The notes under the pieces are model-generated. The model saw only the letters and a list, made by a program, of their open reading frames with translations. It searched no databases and had not been told where the DNA came from. Below are positions 25,816 to 34,892 of a stretch of DNA of 39,928 nucleotides, in pieces (within the stretch, counting starts at the first letter, position 1; the number at the start of each line of letters is the position of its first letter). This stretch comes from a virus (taxonomy: Duplodnaviria; Caudoviricetes), in the IMG/VR virus record IMGVR_UViG_3300048848_000222, positions 1 to 39,928 of that record; one strand, given 5' to 3'. Made by a program: the position numbers and the translations under genes.

Positions 25816-26141
25816 TCGTCGCCTCCCACATTCGAGCGATTCAGGGCCGCGAGAGCGTCGTTCGTGCGGGGCCAGTGGGCTCCCGTGTCGCTGTCTTCGT
25901 GGTCTCCGTCATGGTCAGCTCGGCTATGGGTGCAGCGCATCCAATAGGAGTCGGTCTGTTCTGGTCGGAAGTAGTCCCATGAGTGCAGCTCTGCTTCACA
26001 CGGGCCCGGGTGAGTTGCGGCGTCGAGGTAGCCGGCGAGCGCCTCGCGAATGATGTCTGCCTGGGTTGCTCTGCGATCGAATGCGAGCCTCCGCAGCACC
26101 TCGGCCTGGTCATCGTCGAGCCGCAAACTCAGCGTCTTCAT
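25812..26141 (-). CDS. Ribbon-helix-helix (CopG-like) protein with a Cys/His C-terminal extension
   Basis: MKTLSLRLDDDQAEVLRRLAFDRRATQADIIREALAGYL. Confidence 0.8.
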   Translation of the reverse strand: MKTLSLRLDDDQAEVLRRLAFDRRATQADIIREALAGYLDAATHPGPCEAELHSWDYFRPEQTDSYWMRCTHSRADHDGDHEDSDTGAHWPRTNDALAALNRSNVGGDE

Positions 26142-26143
26142 GA

Positions 26144-26593
26144 TCAGCCCTCCTTCTCGTGGTTCAGGGACCAGATCGGATCATGCTCGGCCATGTCCGC
26201 GGCGGGGCAATCGATCGCCGCGTGAGGCCGCTTCGGGCAGTCGGGGTACGTGTGCGCGGCTTCCTCCTCGTGGGTCAGCGCCGCGTCGAGATCCACGAAC
26301 GACCAGAGCGGGCATTCGTCGAATTCGATGTCGATCTCACCGGATGCGTTGGCGGGCATGTCTTCGTATCCGCTGTCGCCTCGCTCGGCGCTGTAGTACA
26401 TCTCGGCCGTGTCGCCCGTCCCGAGTGCGTACCAGAGTGCCAGCCAGCATTGAGGGTTCGTAACCGTAGGGTGCTCGTGCCCCTCACCCCAGTGCTCGCA
26501 CTCGCAGGCGGGGTACTTGTGGCAGTCGGCATCCGCCGGGGCGGTGCAGGTGAACGACGGCACGCCGTCTGTGATGGTCATGATGTGGCTCAT
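26144..26593 (-). CDS. Hypothetical Cys/His-rich protein
   Basis: ATGA-coupled; high GC3. Confidence 0.7.
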   Translation of the reverse strand: MSHIMTITDGVPSFTCTAPADADCHKYPACECEHWGEGHEHPTVTNPQCWLALWYALGTGDTAEMYYSAERGDSGYEDMPANASGEIDIEFDECPLWSFVDLDAALTHEEEAAHTYPDCPKRPHAAIDCPAADMAEHDPIWSLNHEKEG

Positions 26594-26940
26594 TTCTGAC
26601 CGTCCTTTCGAAGGTTCAGGGTTTCCTGCACACGCATCCCACCAGCACGCATACGCTGATCGAACGCCTCACGACCCAGAGCACCCGTGATCCCACCCAC
26701 GACCTCGAGCAGGTCCGCGCCGATCAGACCCTCTGACCGCATCCGCGCGTTCACCGTCGACACGTGCTCGTCGAATCCTCGCCGCGCCTCCTCGGCCGCC
26801 AGCATCAGGTCCGCGGCGAGCTGCTCCGCCTGCTCCGGGCTGTAATCGGTGCGCTTCCTGTACTGCCGCAGCTCGACCCGGAAGCCGTCGTTCACCTCCA
26901 CCTCGGCAATCGTCAGGACGCCTTCTTCTGTGATGCTCAT
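26590..26940 (-). CDS. Hypothetical phage protein
   Basis: ATG 26940 coupled to the ssb stop. Confidence 0.7.
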   Translation of the reverse strand: MSITEEGVLTIAEVEVNDGFRVELRQYRKRTDYSPEQAEQLAADLMLAAEEARRGFDEHVSTVNARMRSEGLIGADLLEVVGGITGALGREAFDQRMRAGGMRVQETLNLRKDGQK

Positions 26941-27284
26941 TGCTGGCCGCCTTCCCACGGGTCGCCAGCGCCCGGCGTCGCCGTCGCCCACTCCGCCGTT
27001 GGATCCGGCTGCTGTGCCCGCACCAACGAGCCCTCCACCACCGTTGCGTCGTTCACGTTCACGTCCACGTAGGTGCGCCCGTTCCGCTCCGCCACCTTCT
27101 TCGAGAAGCGACCCAAGAACCGGGCCGTGTCACCCACGTTCAGCCCGTGACCCTCACCGAGCCACACCGTGAAGTACTCCTCAAACGAGCGGCCGTCGCG
27201 GGTCTCCCGGGTCTCCACCACAGTCACACCCTTGCCACCGGCGAGACGCTTCACCGTCGCCTCATCAGTCCTGATCATTGCCAT
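26937..27284 (-). CDS. ssb: Single-stranded DNA-binding protein (OB fold)
   Basis: YFTVW...LNVGD...GRF; acidic/Trp tail; follows the helicase. Confidence 0.7.
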   Translation of the reverse strand: MAMIRTDEATVKRLAGGKGVTVVETRETRDGRSFEEYFTVWLGEGHGLNVGDTARFLGRFSKKVAERNGRTYVDVNVNDATVVEGSLVRAQQPDPTAEWATATPGAGDPWEGGQQ

Positions 27285-27296
27285 TTCATCTCTCCC

Positions 27297-28619
27297 TTAC
27301 GCTGGAATATCCAGGCCGCCAGTCGGCGACCACCGTTGCGACGTCACCCGCGCGTACTGCCCCTCCCAGAGCAGCACCCGCTTCCCCGTCTCCCCGTGCC
27401 GGTTCTTCGCCACGATCACATCGAGACGATCAATCGGCACATCGTTCACCTGCTGTCGCTGCAGCAGCATCACCACGTCGGCGTCCTGCTCGATCGACCC
27501 CGACTCCCGCAGATCCGCCGCCGTCGGCGCCCGCTTCCCCTTCCCAGTCGCCGCCGACTCACGGTTCAACTGCGACAGAGCCACCACCGGGCACTCGAGC
27601 TCGCGGGCCATGATCTTCAACTGGCGGGAGATCTCCCCCACCACCTCATGGCGTGGCTTCGACCGGTCACCCCCGGTGATGAGCTGCAGGTAGTCGACGA
27701 CCACGCCGGCCATCTCGCCGCGCCGCTTCACCGACCGGGCGAACGCCTTGATCTGCGTGATCGTCACACCAGACCGGTCATCGACGTAGAGCGGCATTCG
27801 CTCGATGTCGCCCCGCACCCGGGCGAGGCTCTGCCAGTCCTCGGGCGTCAGATCATGCCTGGCCATCCGACCCATGTGCACCTTCGCCCGTAACGCGATC
27901 AGACGCTCGAGCAGCTGCGACTGCGACATCTCCAACGACGAGAACGCCACCGGGCCCAGACGAGCGAGGTTCTGCGCGATCTGCATCCCCACGATCGTCT
28001 TACCCTCACCCGGCCGGGCACCGACCACATACAGGCCGCCCGGGCGCAGACCGCCGATCAGTTCGTTCACCTCACGCCACGGCGTCTCCACCACCTTCGG
28101 CTGAGCGTTCAACTCCTCGACCACCACCGGGAGGGCGCGGCCGATCGCCTCGATGTCGCTGCTCGAGTTCGACGCGGCCGCGTCCAGAGCAGCGCGGGCA
28201 GTCTCGGCCTGCTCCGACGCCACACCGACCGTCGAATAGCCCATCTGCGCAATCCGGGTGCCGGCCTCGACCAGGCGCCGACGGATCGCCTTCTCACGCA
28301 CAATCTCCGCATAGAAGCCCGCGTTCGCCGCCGTCGGCACAATCCCCGTCAACTCATGCAGATACGGGGCACCACCCACCGCATTCAGCCGGCCAGTGCG
28401 GGCGAGCTCGTCACCAACCGTGATCGCGTCCACCGGTTCGTCGCGCTGCATCAACGCGATGATCGCGACGTGGATCTCCTCATGCTTCGGCTGGTAGTAA
28501 TCCCCCGCCTCGAGCAGCCCGGCGACATCCCAGAGCGCCTGCTTCGACAGCATCATCCCGCCGAGCACCGACTGCTCCGCGATCAGATCGTGCGGCAGGG
28601 CTCGCAGCTGCTCATCCAC
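27297..28619 (-). CDS. dnaB: DnaB replicative helicase
   Basis: PHDLIAEQSVLG, GARPGEGKT, FSSLEM, VVDYLQL, LSQLNR, DLRESGSIEQDAD, AKNRHG. Confidence 0.97.
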   Translation of the reverse strand: MDEQLRALPHDLIAEQSVLGGMMLSKQALWDVAGLLEAGDYYQPKHEEIHVAIIALMQRDEPVDAITVGDELARTGRLNAVGGAPYLHELTGIVPTAANAGFYAEIVREKAIRRRLVEAGTRIAQMGYSTVGVASEQAETARAALDAAASNSSSDIEAIGRALPVVVEELNAQPKVVETPWREVNELIGGLRPGGLYVVGARPGEGKTIVGMQIAQNLARLGPVAFSSLEMSQSQLLERLIALRAKVHMGRMARHDLTPEDWQSLARVRGDIERMPLYVDDRSGVTITQIKAFARSVKRRGEMAGVVVDYLQLITGGDRSKPRHEVVGEISRQLKIMARELECPVVALSQLNRESAATGKGKRAPTAADLRESGSIEQDADVVMLLQRQQVNDVPIDRLDVIVAKNRHGETGKRVLLWEGQYARVTSQRWSPTGGLDIPA

Positions 28620-29448
28620 GAGCGCCTCCCTTCACACGCGCCTCGATCTCGTCCAACCAGCCCGGATCATCCCAGTGCTGCTGATAGTCCGCGAGCGTGA
28701 TCCCCCGCTCCTCAAGCCACCGATCGCGTGCCGCGTTCTCCGCGTTCACATCCGTCGACTCGGCTTGCGGCTTCCACCCGTCGCGCTCGGCGTAGCCCTG
28801 CGCCTGCAGCATCCAGTTCCGCCACGTCGCGACCCAGTCCTTCTTCACACCCTTCGCACCAGCGACCGCCGTCCAGTAGTTGGTGAACTTCTCGGTCTCC
28901 CGTGCGACGTCGACCGCTGGTGCCTTGCTTCGCGCGTATTGGCGCATGAGGTCGTCGACGCTGAAGTCGGTGGGGATGCGGGTGCCGCGGCTTGCCGCGT
29001 GCCCCTCACTACCTTTAGGTAGTGGGTCGGGTCGGGTCGGGTCGGGTCGGGGCTCTGTTACTAACGGTGTTACATCGGCGTTACTAACGCCGTTAGTAAC
29101 GGTCGTGTCACGCCGTGACGATTCCTGCCGTTCCCTGTGTTTCCGCACCCTCTCCCGAGTTGCCGCACGCTCCGCCTCCACCGCGTCACGAGTGGGTTGA
29201 CGACCATCGCCGCTCCACTCGTGGAAGCTCCACGAAGCCGCGCCGCGCGTCCAAAGACCCGCCCGCACCAGCGCCTCGGCCTGTTTCACCGTCCCGAGCG
29301 ACGGAAGAATCGAGTCAGGAACGACACCATCTGTGAGCTGCTGCGAGCACCACGAGCCCGCACGGACCCAGAGGCCCATCGCTGCGTTGCCGGCGAGCAA
29401 CACCTTCGGGTGGAAGGCGAGGTTGTCGTCGACTTTGAACCAGACCAT
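28612..29448 (-). CDS. Phage replication initiator
   Basis: WFKVDD...HPK...AMGLW N-terminus, PDPTRPDP linker, DWVATWRNW C-terminal domain; upstream of dnaB. Confidence 0.85.
   Translation of the reverse strand: MVWFKVDDNLAFHPKVLLAGNAAMGLWVRAGSWCSQQLTDGVVPDSILPSLGTVKQAEALVRAGLWTRGAASWSFHEWSGDGRQPTRDAVEAERAATRERVRKHRERQESSRRDTTVTNGVSNADVTPLVTEPRPDPTRPDPLPKGSEGHAASRGTRIPTDFSVDDLMRQYARSKAPAVDVARETEKFTNYWTAVAGAKGVKKDWVATWRNWMLQAQGYAERDGWKPQAESTDVNAENAARDRWLEERGITLADYQQHWDDPGWLDEIEARVKGGARG
29057..29100. repeat. Iteron-like repeats (putative replication origin) inside the initiator gene
   Basis: GTTACTAACG at 29057-29066 and 29080-29089; inverted copy CGTTAGTAAC at 29091-29100. Confidence 0.7.
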
Positions 29449-29870
29449 CAGTGAAACGCTCCTTCGAGGCGAAGACGGTCAGCCCATGACTGCCACTCCT
29501 CGCCGTAGACAAACTCCATGTGCCGGCCGACGACGGCCGCCGACACCTCGTACCGCTCCCCCGTGACCGTCAGCCGCCACCACGACATCTCCGGCATGTA
29601 GAACACCGGCACGAGCTCGGGCTGCTTCACCCACGAGCGCACCTTCCACCCGTGCCACAGCGCGGCCGTCTGCAGACGGTGCTCGTAGGCCGGGTTGCAT
29701 GTCGGGCACGAGGTCAGCCCGTCCTGCACGGTCGGGGCGATCTTCGACCCGCCCATGCCGGTAGCGCGACGGTGCTGGAACTGCAAGGTGCCCCGCTCTC
29801 CGCAGGACACGCACCGCCACAGGTCACGGTCGTAGGTCTCGAGGCGCACAGCGCTCGTCGGGGCCGTCAT
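29448..29870 (-). CDS. HNH-family nuclease
   Basis: ATG 29870; RDLWRCVSCG...QHR...GMGG...CPTCN. Confidence 0.8.
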   Translation of the reverse strand: MTAPTSAVRLETYDRDLWRCVSCGERGTLQFQHRRATGMGGSKIAPTVQDGLTSCPTCNPAYEHRLQTAALWHGWKVRSWVKQPELVPVFYMPEMSWWRLTVTGERYEVSAAVVGRHMEFVYGEEWQSWADRLRLEGAFH

Positions 29871-30049
29871 CGAACACGCCCCTCTGCGACACGCGCCCAC
29901 AGCTGCCCCACCGGGCGCCCGTACACTCGCCACAGCATCGGCAGCATGCGGTCCCCACCTACAGGCCCAGGGTGCAGCGGGAACCCCGGCCGCCCGCTGA
30001 ACTGCTTGTAGTCTCGGCGGCCCACCTGTGTGACGAGTCGAGCAGTCAT
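29867..30049 (-). CDS. Hypothetical protein
   Basis: ATGA-coupled at both ends. Confidence 0.6.
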   Translation of the reverse strand: MTARLVTQVGRRDYKQFSGRPGFPLHPGPVGGDRMLPMLWRVYGRPVGQLWARVAEGRVR

Positions 30050-30549
30050 GCTGCGACCTCCGCCCGCCGTAGAGCTCGCCGTACCGTGTTCGTCGACACG
30101 CTGAAGGCGATCGCAAGCACTGCGACAGACTCTCCCTGAGCGCGCCGACTCACGATGTCGCCCTCCTGCTCAGCAGTGAGCGCAGCAGGCCTCCCGCGGC
30201 CCCGGCGCACCGGCTCGGCCTCCCGCGGCCCCGGCGCACCGGCTCGGCCTCCCGCGGCCCGCGTCTTCACAGCCTTGAGCGCTCGGGGAGTCTTCGGCGC
30301 AGGCTTCTCCCGTCGGATGCCCCATCGGGCCATGGCGTCCTCGACCGTGTCGTCTGCGACCTTGGCTGACACCCTCCCGAGCGCGAAGACGAAGGCCTCC
30401 GCGTGAGTCGGGAACCATGCCGCTGTGTCCTCGCCCGCCGGGGCGACCGCGAACCATCCCGGGAGCCACGCGCCGGGCTCACCCGCGCGCTGCACTCTCC
30501 ACCTGTCGACGCGCCCTGTGTCCGGGAACGCCACCTGCAGCGTCCTCAT
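30046..30549 (-). CDS. Protein with a C-terminal resolvase-type HTH
   Basis: GRPAALTAEQ...GESVAVLAIAFSVSTNTVRRAL. Confidence 0.75.
   Translation of the reverse strand: MRTLQVAFPDTGRVDRWRVQRAGEPGAWLPGWFAVAPAGEDTAAWFPTHAEAFVFALGRVSAKVADDTVEDAMARWGIRREKPAPKTPRALKAVKTRAAGGRAGAPGPREAEPVRRGRGRPAALTAEQEGDIVSRRAQGESVAVLAIAFSVSTNTVRRALRRAEVAA
30188..30260. repeat. 29-bp perfect tandem repeat, 2.5 copies, inside a CDS
   Basis: GGCCTCCCGCGGCCCCGGCGCACCGGCTC at 30188 and 30217; 15-bp partial copy at 30246. Confidence 0.95.
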
Positions 30550-30746
30550 GAGCGTGCCCTCCGCAACCGGCTGGTCTCTTCCATCCGCGAGGCGGTCCCG
30601 TTCGCGTTCGACAGGAACGCCATCACATACGGCTCACCCGCGCCGTCCTGGCGCTGCTCGAGCCGATCGATCGTGAACACAGTCGACGACTGGCCGACCT
30701 TCACCTGATCGCCGACGACGAACGCCGGCACACTCTGCGTGGGCAT
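30546..30746 (-). CDS. Hypothetical small protein (SH3/KOW-like)
   Basis: FVVGDQVKV; coupled. Confidence 0.65.
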   Translation of the reverse strand: MPTQSVPAFVVGDQVKVGQSSTVFTIDRLEQRQDGAGEPYVMAFLSNANGTASRMEETSRLRRARS

Positions 30747-31225
30747 CACGCCCGTCCTTTCCCGGCGAGCTGATACGTCAGCTCCACCTGCTTCGCTTGC
30801 GTCTGAATCGCAGACGTCCGATCCCTCACCAACTGCGCCACCGACCGCGCATACTCGTAGGCGACCTCGGCGTTATCCGCGATCTCCCACTCCGCCATCG
30901 CCACCACATCGGCCTCCGCCTTCCGGTCATCGACGGTGCCCTGCGCGTTCTTCAGCGCCTTCAGCCGGGCGCGCGCATGAATCCGCTTCGCCGCCCGTCG
31001 CGTCCGGTCCGCCTCACGTACGATCAGCACGTTGTGCGCCGCCGCGACCTTCACCGCTTCCAGATCCGCGATGATCGAATCCGGTGTCTTGATCTGCCCG
31101 AGCACCGACTGCGGCGCCACCCGCTTCCGCACCACATCAGCGGCGCTCTCGATGTCCGACGGGTCCTTCACCGGCGTCTGCGTCTCCGGGTCCACCACCA
31201 GTTCGCCGGTGCTCGGGTCGATCAC
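30746..31225 (-). CDS. Hypothetical helical protein
   Basis: GTG 31225 (VIDPSTGEL), coupled to the upstream stop. Confidence 0.7.
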   Translation of the reverse strand: MIDPSTGELVVDPETQTPVKDPSDIESAADVVRKRVAPQSVLGQIKTPDSIIADLEAVKVAAAHNVLIVREADRTRRAAKRIHARARLKALKNAQGTVDDRKAEADVVAMAEWEIADNAEVAYEYARSVAQLVRDRTSAIQTQAKQVELTYQLAGKGRA

Positions 31226-31368
31226 TTGGCCTTCACCGCCCCGATCCACCACTTCGCACCGATCGACAGACCGAACGTCTGCATCTCGGTCATGGCCCGC
31301 TCACGCGACGGGAACGGGCCCAGCACCTTCACCGGCTGCGTGCGGGGCCCTCGACACACCACGAACAT
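31222..31368 (-). CDS. Hypothetical 48-aa protein (not in the ORF track)
   Basis: TGATG-coupled: MFVVCRGPRTQPVKVLGPFPSRERAM... Confidence 0.6.
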   Translation of the reverse strand: MFVVCRGPRTQPVKVLGPFPSRERAMTEMQTFGLSIGAKWWIGAVKAK

Positions 31369-32144
31369 CAGCGGGCCTCGTCGGTCGGGAGGCTCGCCCA
31401 TTCGTCGAGCTCTTCCTTCGTCGGAGAGAGCGGGTCACCCTCGAACGGTTCGACAGCCGCCACCGCAGGCTCTGCAGCAGCAGGCTCCGGATCGACCGTC
31501 GCCTCGGGCTCCGGCTCCGTGGCTGGCACGGGCGGGAGTTCGTCGAGCGGCTTCCGTTTCGCAGTGCGCGTCGCCGGCGCCTTCCGCGGCGCATCCTCCA
31601 CCGGGGTCAGTTCGCCGCTGTCGACGAGCTCCTCCACCGAGTAAGGGATACCCAGCAGCTTGTCGGCCGCGATCAGACGCACCAACTCCGACGTCGCCCG
31701 GGCAAGCAGCATCGCGATCGGCTGCTTCCGCCAGTTGTCCTTCGACACCAGGCCGAGGCCGCGCGCGCGATCCATCGTCCACACCGACCGCTCGACCTTG
31801 TCGGAGCCCTTGCGGCGCCCGCACACGATCGCCTGCGTGGCCGTCGACTCCTCGGTCCAGATCTCGTGCCCCTCGTTCTGCACGAGCGCACGCAACGCCA
31901 CCGCCCGCATGGCTGGCACGCCCTGGATGATGTCGATCGCGCGGAGCGAAGCGAGCGGCGAGAGACCGATCTCCTGCCCGGTGAGGATCGCCGCGGCGGC
32001 CTCCTCGGGCTTGCCCTTGTAGGAGGCCGGCACGAACGAGGTCGTGACCAGCTGACGGGCCGCCTGGTAGGCGGTCGTGAGGTCGCGCGCCCACTGCTCG
32101 AGCTCGGACGCGGCGGGCGCTTCGTAGACGGCTACGTCGGTCAC
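31368..32144 (-). CDS. RecT-like single-strand annealing protein
   Basis: FVPASYKGKP...AILTGQEIGLSPLASL...IQGVP...NWRKQPIAMLLARA; near the exonuclease. Confidence 0.8.
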   Translation of the reverse strand: MTDVAVYEAPAASELEQWARDLTTAYQAARQLVTTSFVPASYKGKPEEAAAAILTGQEIGLSPLASLRAIDIIQGVPAMRAVALRALVQNEGHEIWTEESTATQAIVCGRRKGSDKVERSVWTMDRARGLGLVSKDNWRKQPIAMLLARATSELVRLIAADKLLGIPYSVEELVDSGELTPVEDAPRKAPATRTAKRKPLDELPPVPATEPEPEATVDPEPAAAEPAVAAVEPFEGDPLSPTKEELDEWASLPTDEAR

Positions 32145-32860
32145 GGCGCGACCGCCTCGGCGTTGGCCAGGAGATCGGCGTCATCGGGGTGAATGCGGCC
32201 GATGGTGGAGCGCCAGGGGCCGGTGAGCTTGTCGTACTGCTCCTGCGTGATGCCGCGGCCGATGAGGTCGCGGACGGCGAGGCCGGTCGCGGCGGCCCTC
32301 GCGGCGTCCCTCGCGGCGGCCCACGCGGCGGCCCACGCGGCGTCCCTCGCGGCGTCCCACGCGGCGTCCCACGCGGCGGCCCACGCGGCGGCCCACGCGG
32401 CGGCCCACGCGGCGTCCCACGCGGCGGCCCACGCGGCGGCCCACGCGGCGTCCCACGCGGCGGCCCACGCGGCGGCCAGCTTGTAGGCCTCCTCCGCCGT
32501 GAGGGCCCGGATGCGCTCGAAGAGCGCGACGAGCTCGGCCCCCTGGGGTCCCAGCAGCTCGTGCGCCGGAAGCTCCCGCACGACCCGCAGAGCGGTCACG
32601 GCGCGCTTCCGCGGCATGTTCCCCTCGTGAGGCGTCCACACCTCCCCGACGGCCTCCACCTCGAGCAGACGGCCCGGCCAGGAGAAGCCGGTGCAGTCCG
32701 TCTTGTGGGTGGCCACCGAGATGTAGTAGCTCGCGTCGCCGTGGCCGGGGCGCGGGTTCGGGTGCTCGACGACCCCGCCGGCCAGGTAGTTGATAGTGCC
32801 GGTGCGGAAGTCAGTTCCGTCCTCGCGCACGGCCTTGAAATAGGTTCCCTTGTCGTTCAT
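32141..32860 (-). CDS. Phage protein with an AA[W/R][A/D] tandem repeat
   Basis: YFKAVREDGTDF N-terminal domain, RLLEVE, LRVVREL, then 15 tetrapeptide repeats. Confidence 0.85.
   Translation of the reverse strand: MNDKGTYFKAVREDGTDFRTGTINYLAGGVVEHPNPRPGHGDASYYISVATHKTDCTGFSWPGRLLEVEAVGEVWTPHEGNMPRKRAVTALRVVRELPAHELLGPQGAELVALFERIRALTAEEAYKLAAAWAAAWDAAWAAAWAAAWDAAWAAAWAAAWAAAWDAAWDAARDAAWAAAWAAARDAARAAATGLAVRDLIGRGITQEQYDKLTGPWRSTIGRIHPDDADLLANAEAVAP
32294..32473 (-). repeat. 12-bp tandem repeat, 15 copies: GCCGCG[T/A]GGG[C/A]C
   Basis: Read directly from the sequence. Confidence 0.95.
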
Positions 32861-33666
32861 GCTGCTGCTCCGTTCGGTCGCTGCAGCGGCTTCCCCCGAA
32901 GGTCGAGGAGACCCTTCGAGCGGCGAGCCACCACGCTGATGTACTGGAAGAACTTGAACGTCTCCTCGCTCGCATCGAGCGGGAGCACGTCGTAACCATC
33001 GGGGCGAATCCAGATGCCCCAGTGGTCCGTGATGCCGAGCGACTCGACCGGCTGATCGACCCCGGCCTCGTCGACGTAGAAGTCAGCGTTCGCATAGGCC
33101 GACAGCTGCAGGGCCGCCTCGCCGTAGATCCCCGACCGTGACGTCTTCCAGTCCGCGAGGATCACCCGACCCGGCAGCAGATCGCTCGTGACGACCATGT
33201 CGAGGGTGCCCGCGTACCGACCGCGCAGCGAGTAGACCACCGTCTCCGTGAGGATCGGGCGGATCTTCCACTCGTCAAGGAACCGCACCGCCGAGTTCAC
33301 GTGCGGGGCGAGCTCATCGGGCACGGGCACCTCACGGCCGTGCAGCAGCTGCTCGGCGATCTCGTGCACCTCGGTGCCGCGCTTCGCCGCCTGGTCGACG
33401 TCCGCGTAGCGGGCGCCCTTCAGCGTGTCCAGCTTCTTCGACGCCGGGAGCTCGGAGAGTTCGTCCCAGTGGTCGACCGCGTAGTTCGCCGTTGTGTTCG
33501 CCGCCCAGTTGATCAGCGCCGGCTTCGACAGCCCATCGCCGAGGAGCGTGGTCACGCCGTCGGCCTTGACTCCGTCGATCTGATACCCGTGCCCCTTGCC
33601 GTAGTTGCGTCGGACGACGCGGGACTTCACTTCTTCGAGGGTCGGCTGCGTTCGTGCGGCCATCAT
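32857..33666 (-). CDS. PD-(D/E)XK exonuclease (RecE/Cas4-like)
   Basis: GVTTLL, KPALINWA, RGTEVH, E...YAGTLD...DWKTS, LQLSAY. Confidence 0.9.
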   Translation of the reverse strand: MMAARTQPTLEEVKSRVVRRNYGKGHGYQIDGVKADGVTTLLGDGLSKPALINWAANTTANYAVDHWDELSELPASKKLDTLKGARYADVDQAAKRGTEVHEIAEQLLHGREVPVPDELAPHVNSAVRFLDEWKIRPILTETVVYSLRGRYAGTLDMVVTSDLLPGRVILADWKTSRSGIYGEAALQLSAYANADFYVDEAGVDQPVESLGITDHWGIWIRPDGYDVLPLDASEETFKFFQYISVVARRSKGLLDLRGKPLQRPNGAAA

Positions 33667-34091
33667 GCGCTCCTTTTCGCGTTGCAGTCCAAGCAGGACG
33701 GCACGAGGTTGTCCGGGCTGTTGTTCAGCCGGTTGTGATCGAGGTGGTCCACGCAGATGCGCAGAGCGGGGCGCTCGAACCAGTCGAGCGAGACACCGCA
33801 CCAGTGACACGGGTGCGGGCCGGCGCCGATCTTCTGCCAAAGCACGACGCGGTGTTCGCGGACCTTGCCCTGGGCGCCCGCGAGCGGATGCTCGGGGAGG
33901 TGGACGATGCGATACCCCTGCTCGGTGACGAAGCCTGCGCCGTCTACCGCCTTGACGCGGGACGCCGGCCCAACGTCGCCACGAGCTCGTAGGCGCTGGT
34001 AGTGCATCGTGCAGTAGCCCTTGCAGTAGAACGGTCGGTCGCATCCCTCGGTTGCGCAGATCACCCCCCGCGAGGCGAGTGCAGTGCCCAT
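33663..34091 (-). CDS. HNH endonuclease (free-standing homing type)
   Basis: ATG 34091; C..C...C..HY finger; EHR, CHWC, VDHLDHNRLNNSPDNLVPSCLDCN. Confidence 0.9.
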   Translation of the reverse strand: MGTALASRGVICATEGCDRPFYCKGYCTMHYQRLRARGDVGPASRVKAVDGAGFVTEQGYRIVHLPEHPLAGAQGKVREHRVVLWQKIGAGPHPCHWCGVSLDWFERPALRICVDHLDHNRLNNSPDNLVPSCLDCNAKRSA

Positions 34092-34483
34092 CAGGACGCC
34101 GCCGGCCCGTCGAAGTCGGGGTCCGGCGCCCACGGGCCCTCGGTGACCTTCCCGCCTGCCTCGTCGGAGACGATCGCCTCTTCGGAGATGTCGATGCCGT
34201 CGAGGGTCGTCGGCGCCGATTCCTGATTCGTGCGGCGGGCGTAGGCGTCATCGCGGAACTGCAGCACAGACGCCGCGGCGGCCTCGTCGATGATCTCGAT
34301 CCACTTGAACCGCACCGTGGCCGAGGTCTGCTGCTTCACGTCGTCGTACTTCAGCGACGCCCGCTCGATGACCACGACCGCGATCAGCGGGTCAGGGGTG
34401 CGGGAGCCGAGCAGGACGTCTTCGTGCTCGAGCAGCGCGTTCAGCTGCTCGCCCGGCACCTGGCCGGACAGGTTGATACCCAT
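34091..34483 (-). CDS. Hypothetical protein
   Basis: ATG 34483 with purine-rich RBS; high GC3. Confidence 0.7.
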   Translation of the reverse strand: MGINLSGQVPGEQLNALLEHEDVLLGSRTPDPLIAVVVIERASLKYDDVKQQTSATVRFKWIEIIDEAAAASVLQFRDDAYARRTNQESAPTTLDGIDISEEAIVSDEAGGKVTEGPWAPDPDFDGPAAS

Positions 34484-34499
34484 GTGCTTCTCTCTTCTC

Positions 34500-34892
34500 T
34501 CAGGGGTGACCGACGCGCACACGCACGCCGGGTTCTGCGCCGTAGACCTTCGTGGGCCACAGCGATACGACTTGCGCGTCGTCCTTGTAGACGCGCGCGG
34601 TGGTGAGGGAGTCCAGGACGGCGCGGGCGAGCTTGTCCAGGTCGGGCTTCACCGTCGGGTGCGCCCGCTTCACGCTCTTCGGGCGGACGAATCGGAACTC
34701 GAGGACGACGAGCACCGGCCCGTCGAGAGGGTCGCGGCCGGCGTTCGCGGCGCGGGCGGCATCGGCGACCTTCGCCCGCCACGGACGCAGCAGCTTCTGG
34801 TTCGAGTCGACCGCCCGCCCGTTGAAGACCGTCTTCGAGCCCTGCTGCACGGGGACCCCGCCGACCCAGAACGACAGCGCCTCCGCGATCAC
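34500..34892 (-). CDS. rusA: RusA Holliday junction resolvase
   Basis: GVPVQQGSK, KPDLDKLARAVLDSL, DDAQVV. Confidence 0.93.
   Translation of the reverse strand: MIAEALSFWVGGVPVQQGSKTVFNGRAVDSNQKLLRPWRAKVADAARAANAGRDPLDGPVLVVLEFRFVRPKSVKRAHPTVKPDLDKLARAVLDSLTTARVYKDDAQVVSLWPTKVYGAEPGVRVRVGHP

Noticed and set aside
32294-32473. Possible CRISPR array or DGR variable region
   Set aside because: No spacers, in-frame 12-bp coding units, and no template repeat, cas operon or reverse transcriptase in the window
32857-33666. CRISPR-associated Cas4
   Set aside because: No Fe-S cysteine cluster and no CRISPR context; fits a phage recombination exonuclease
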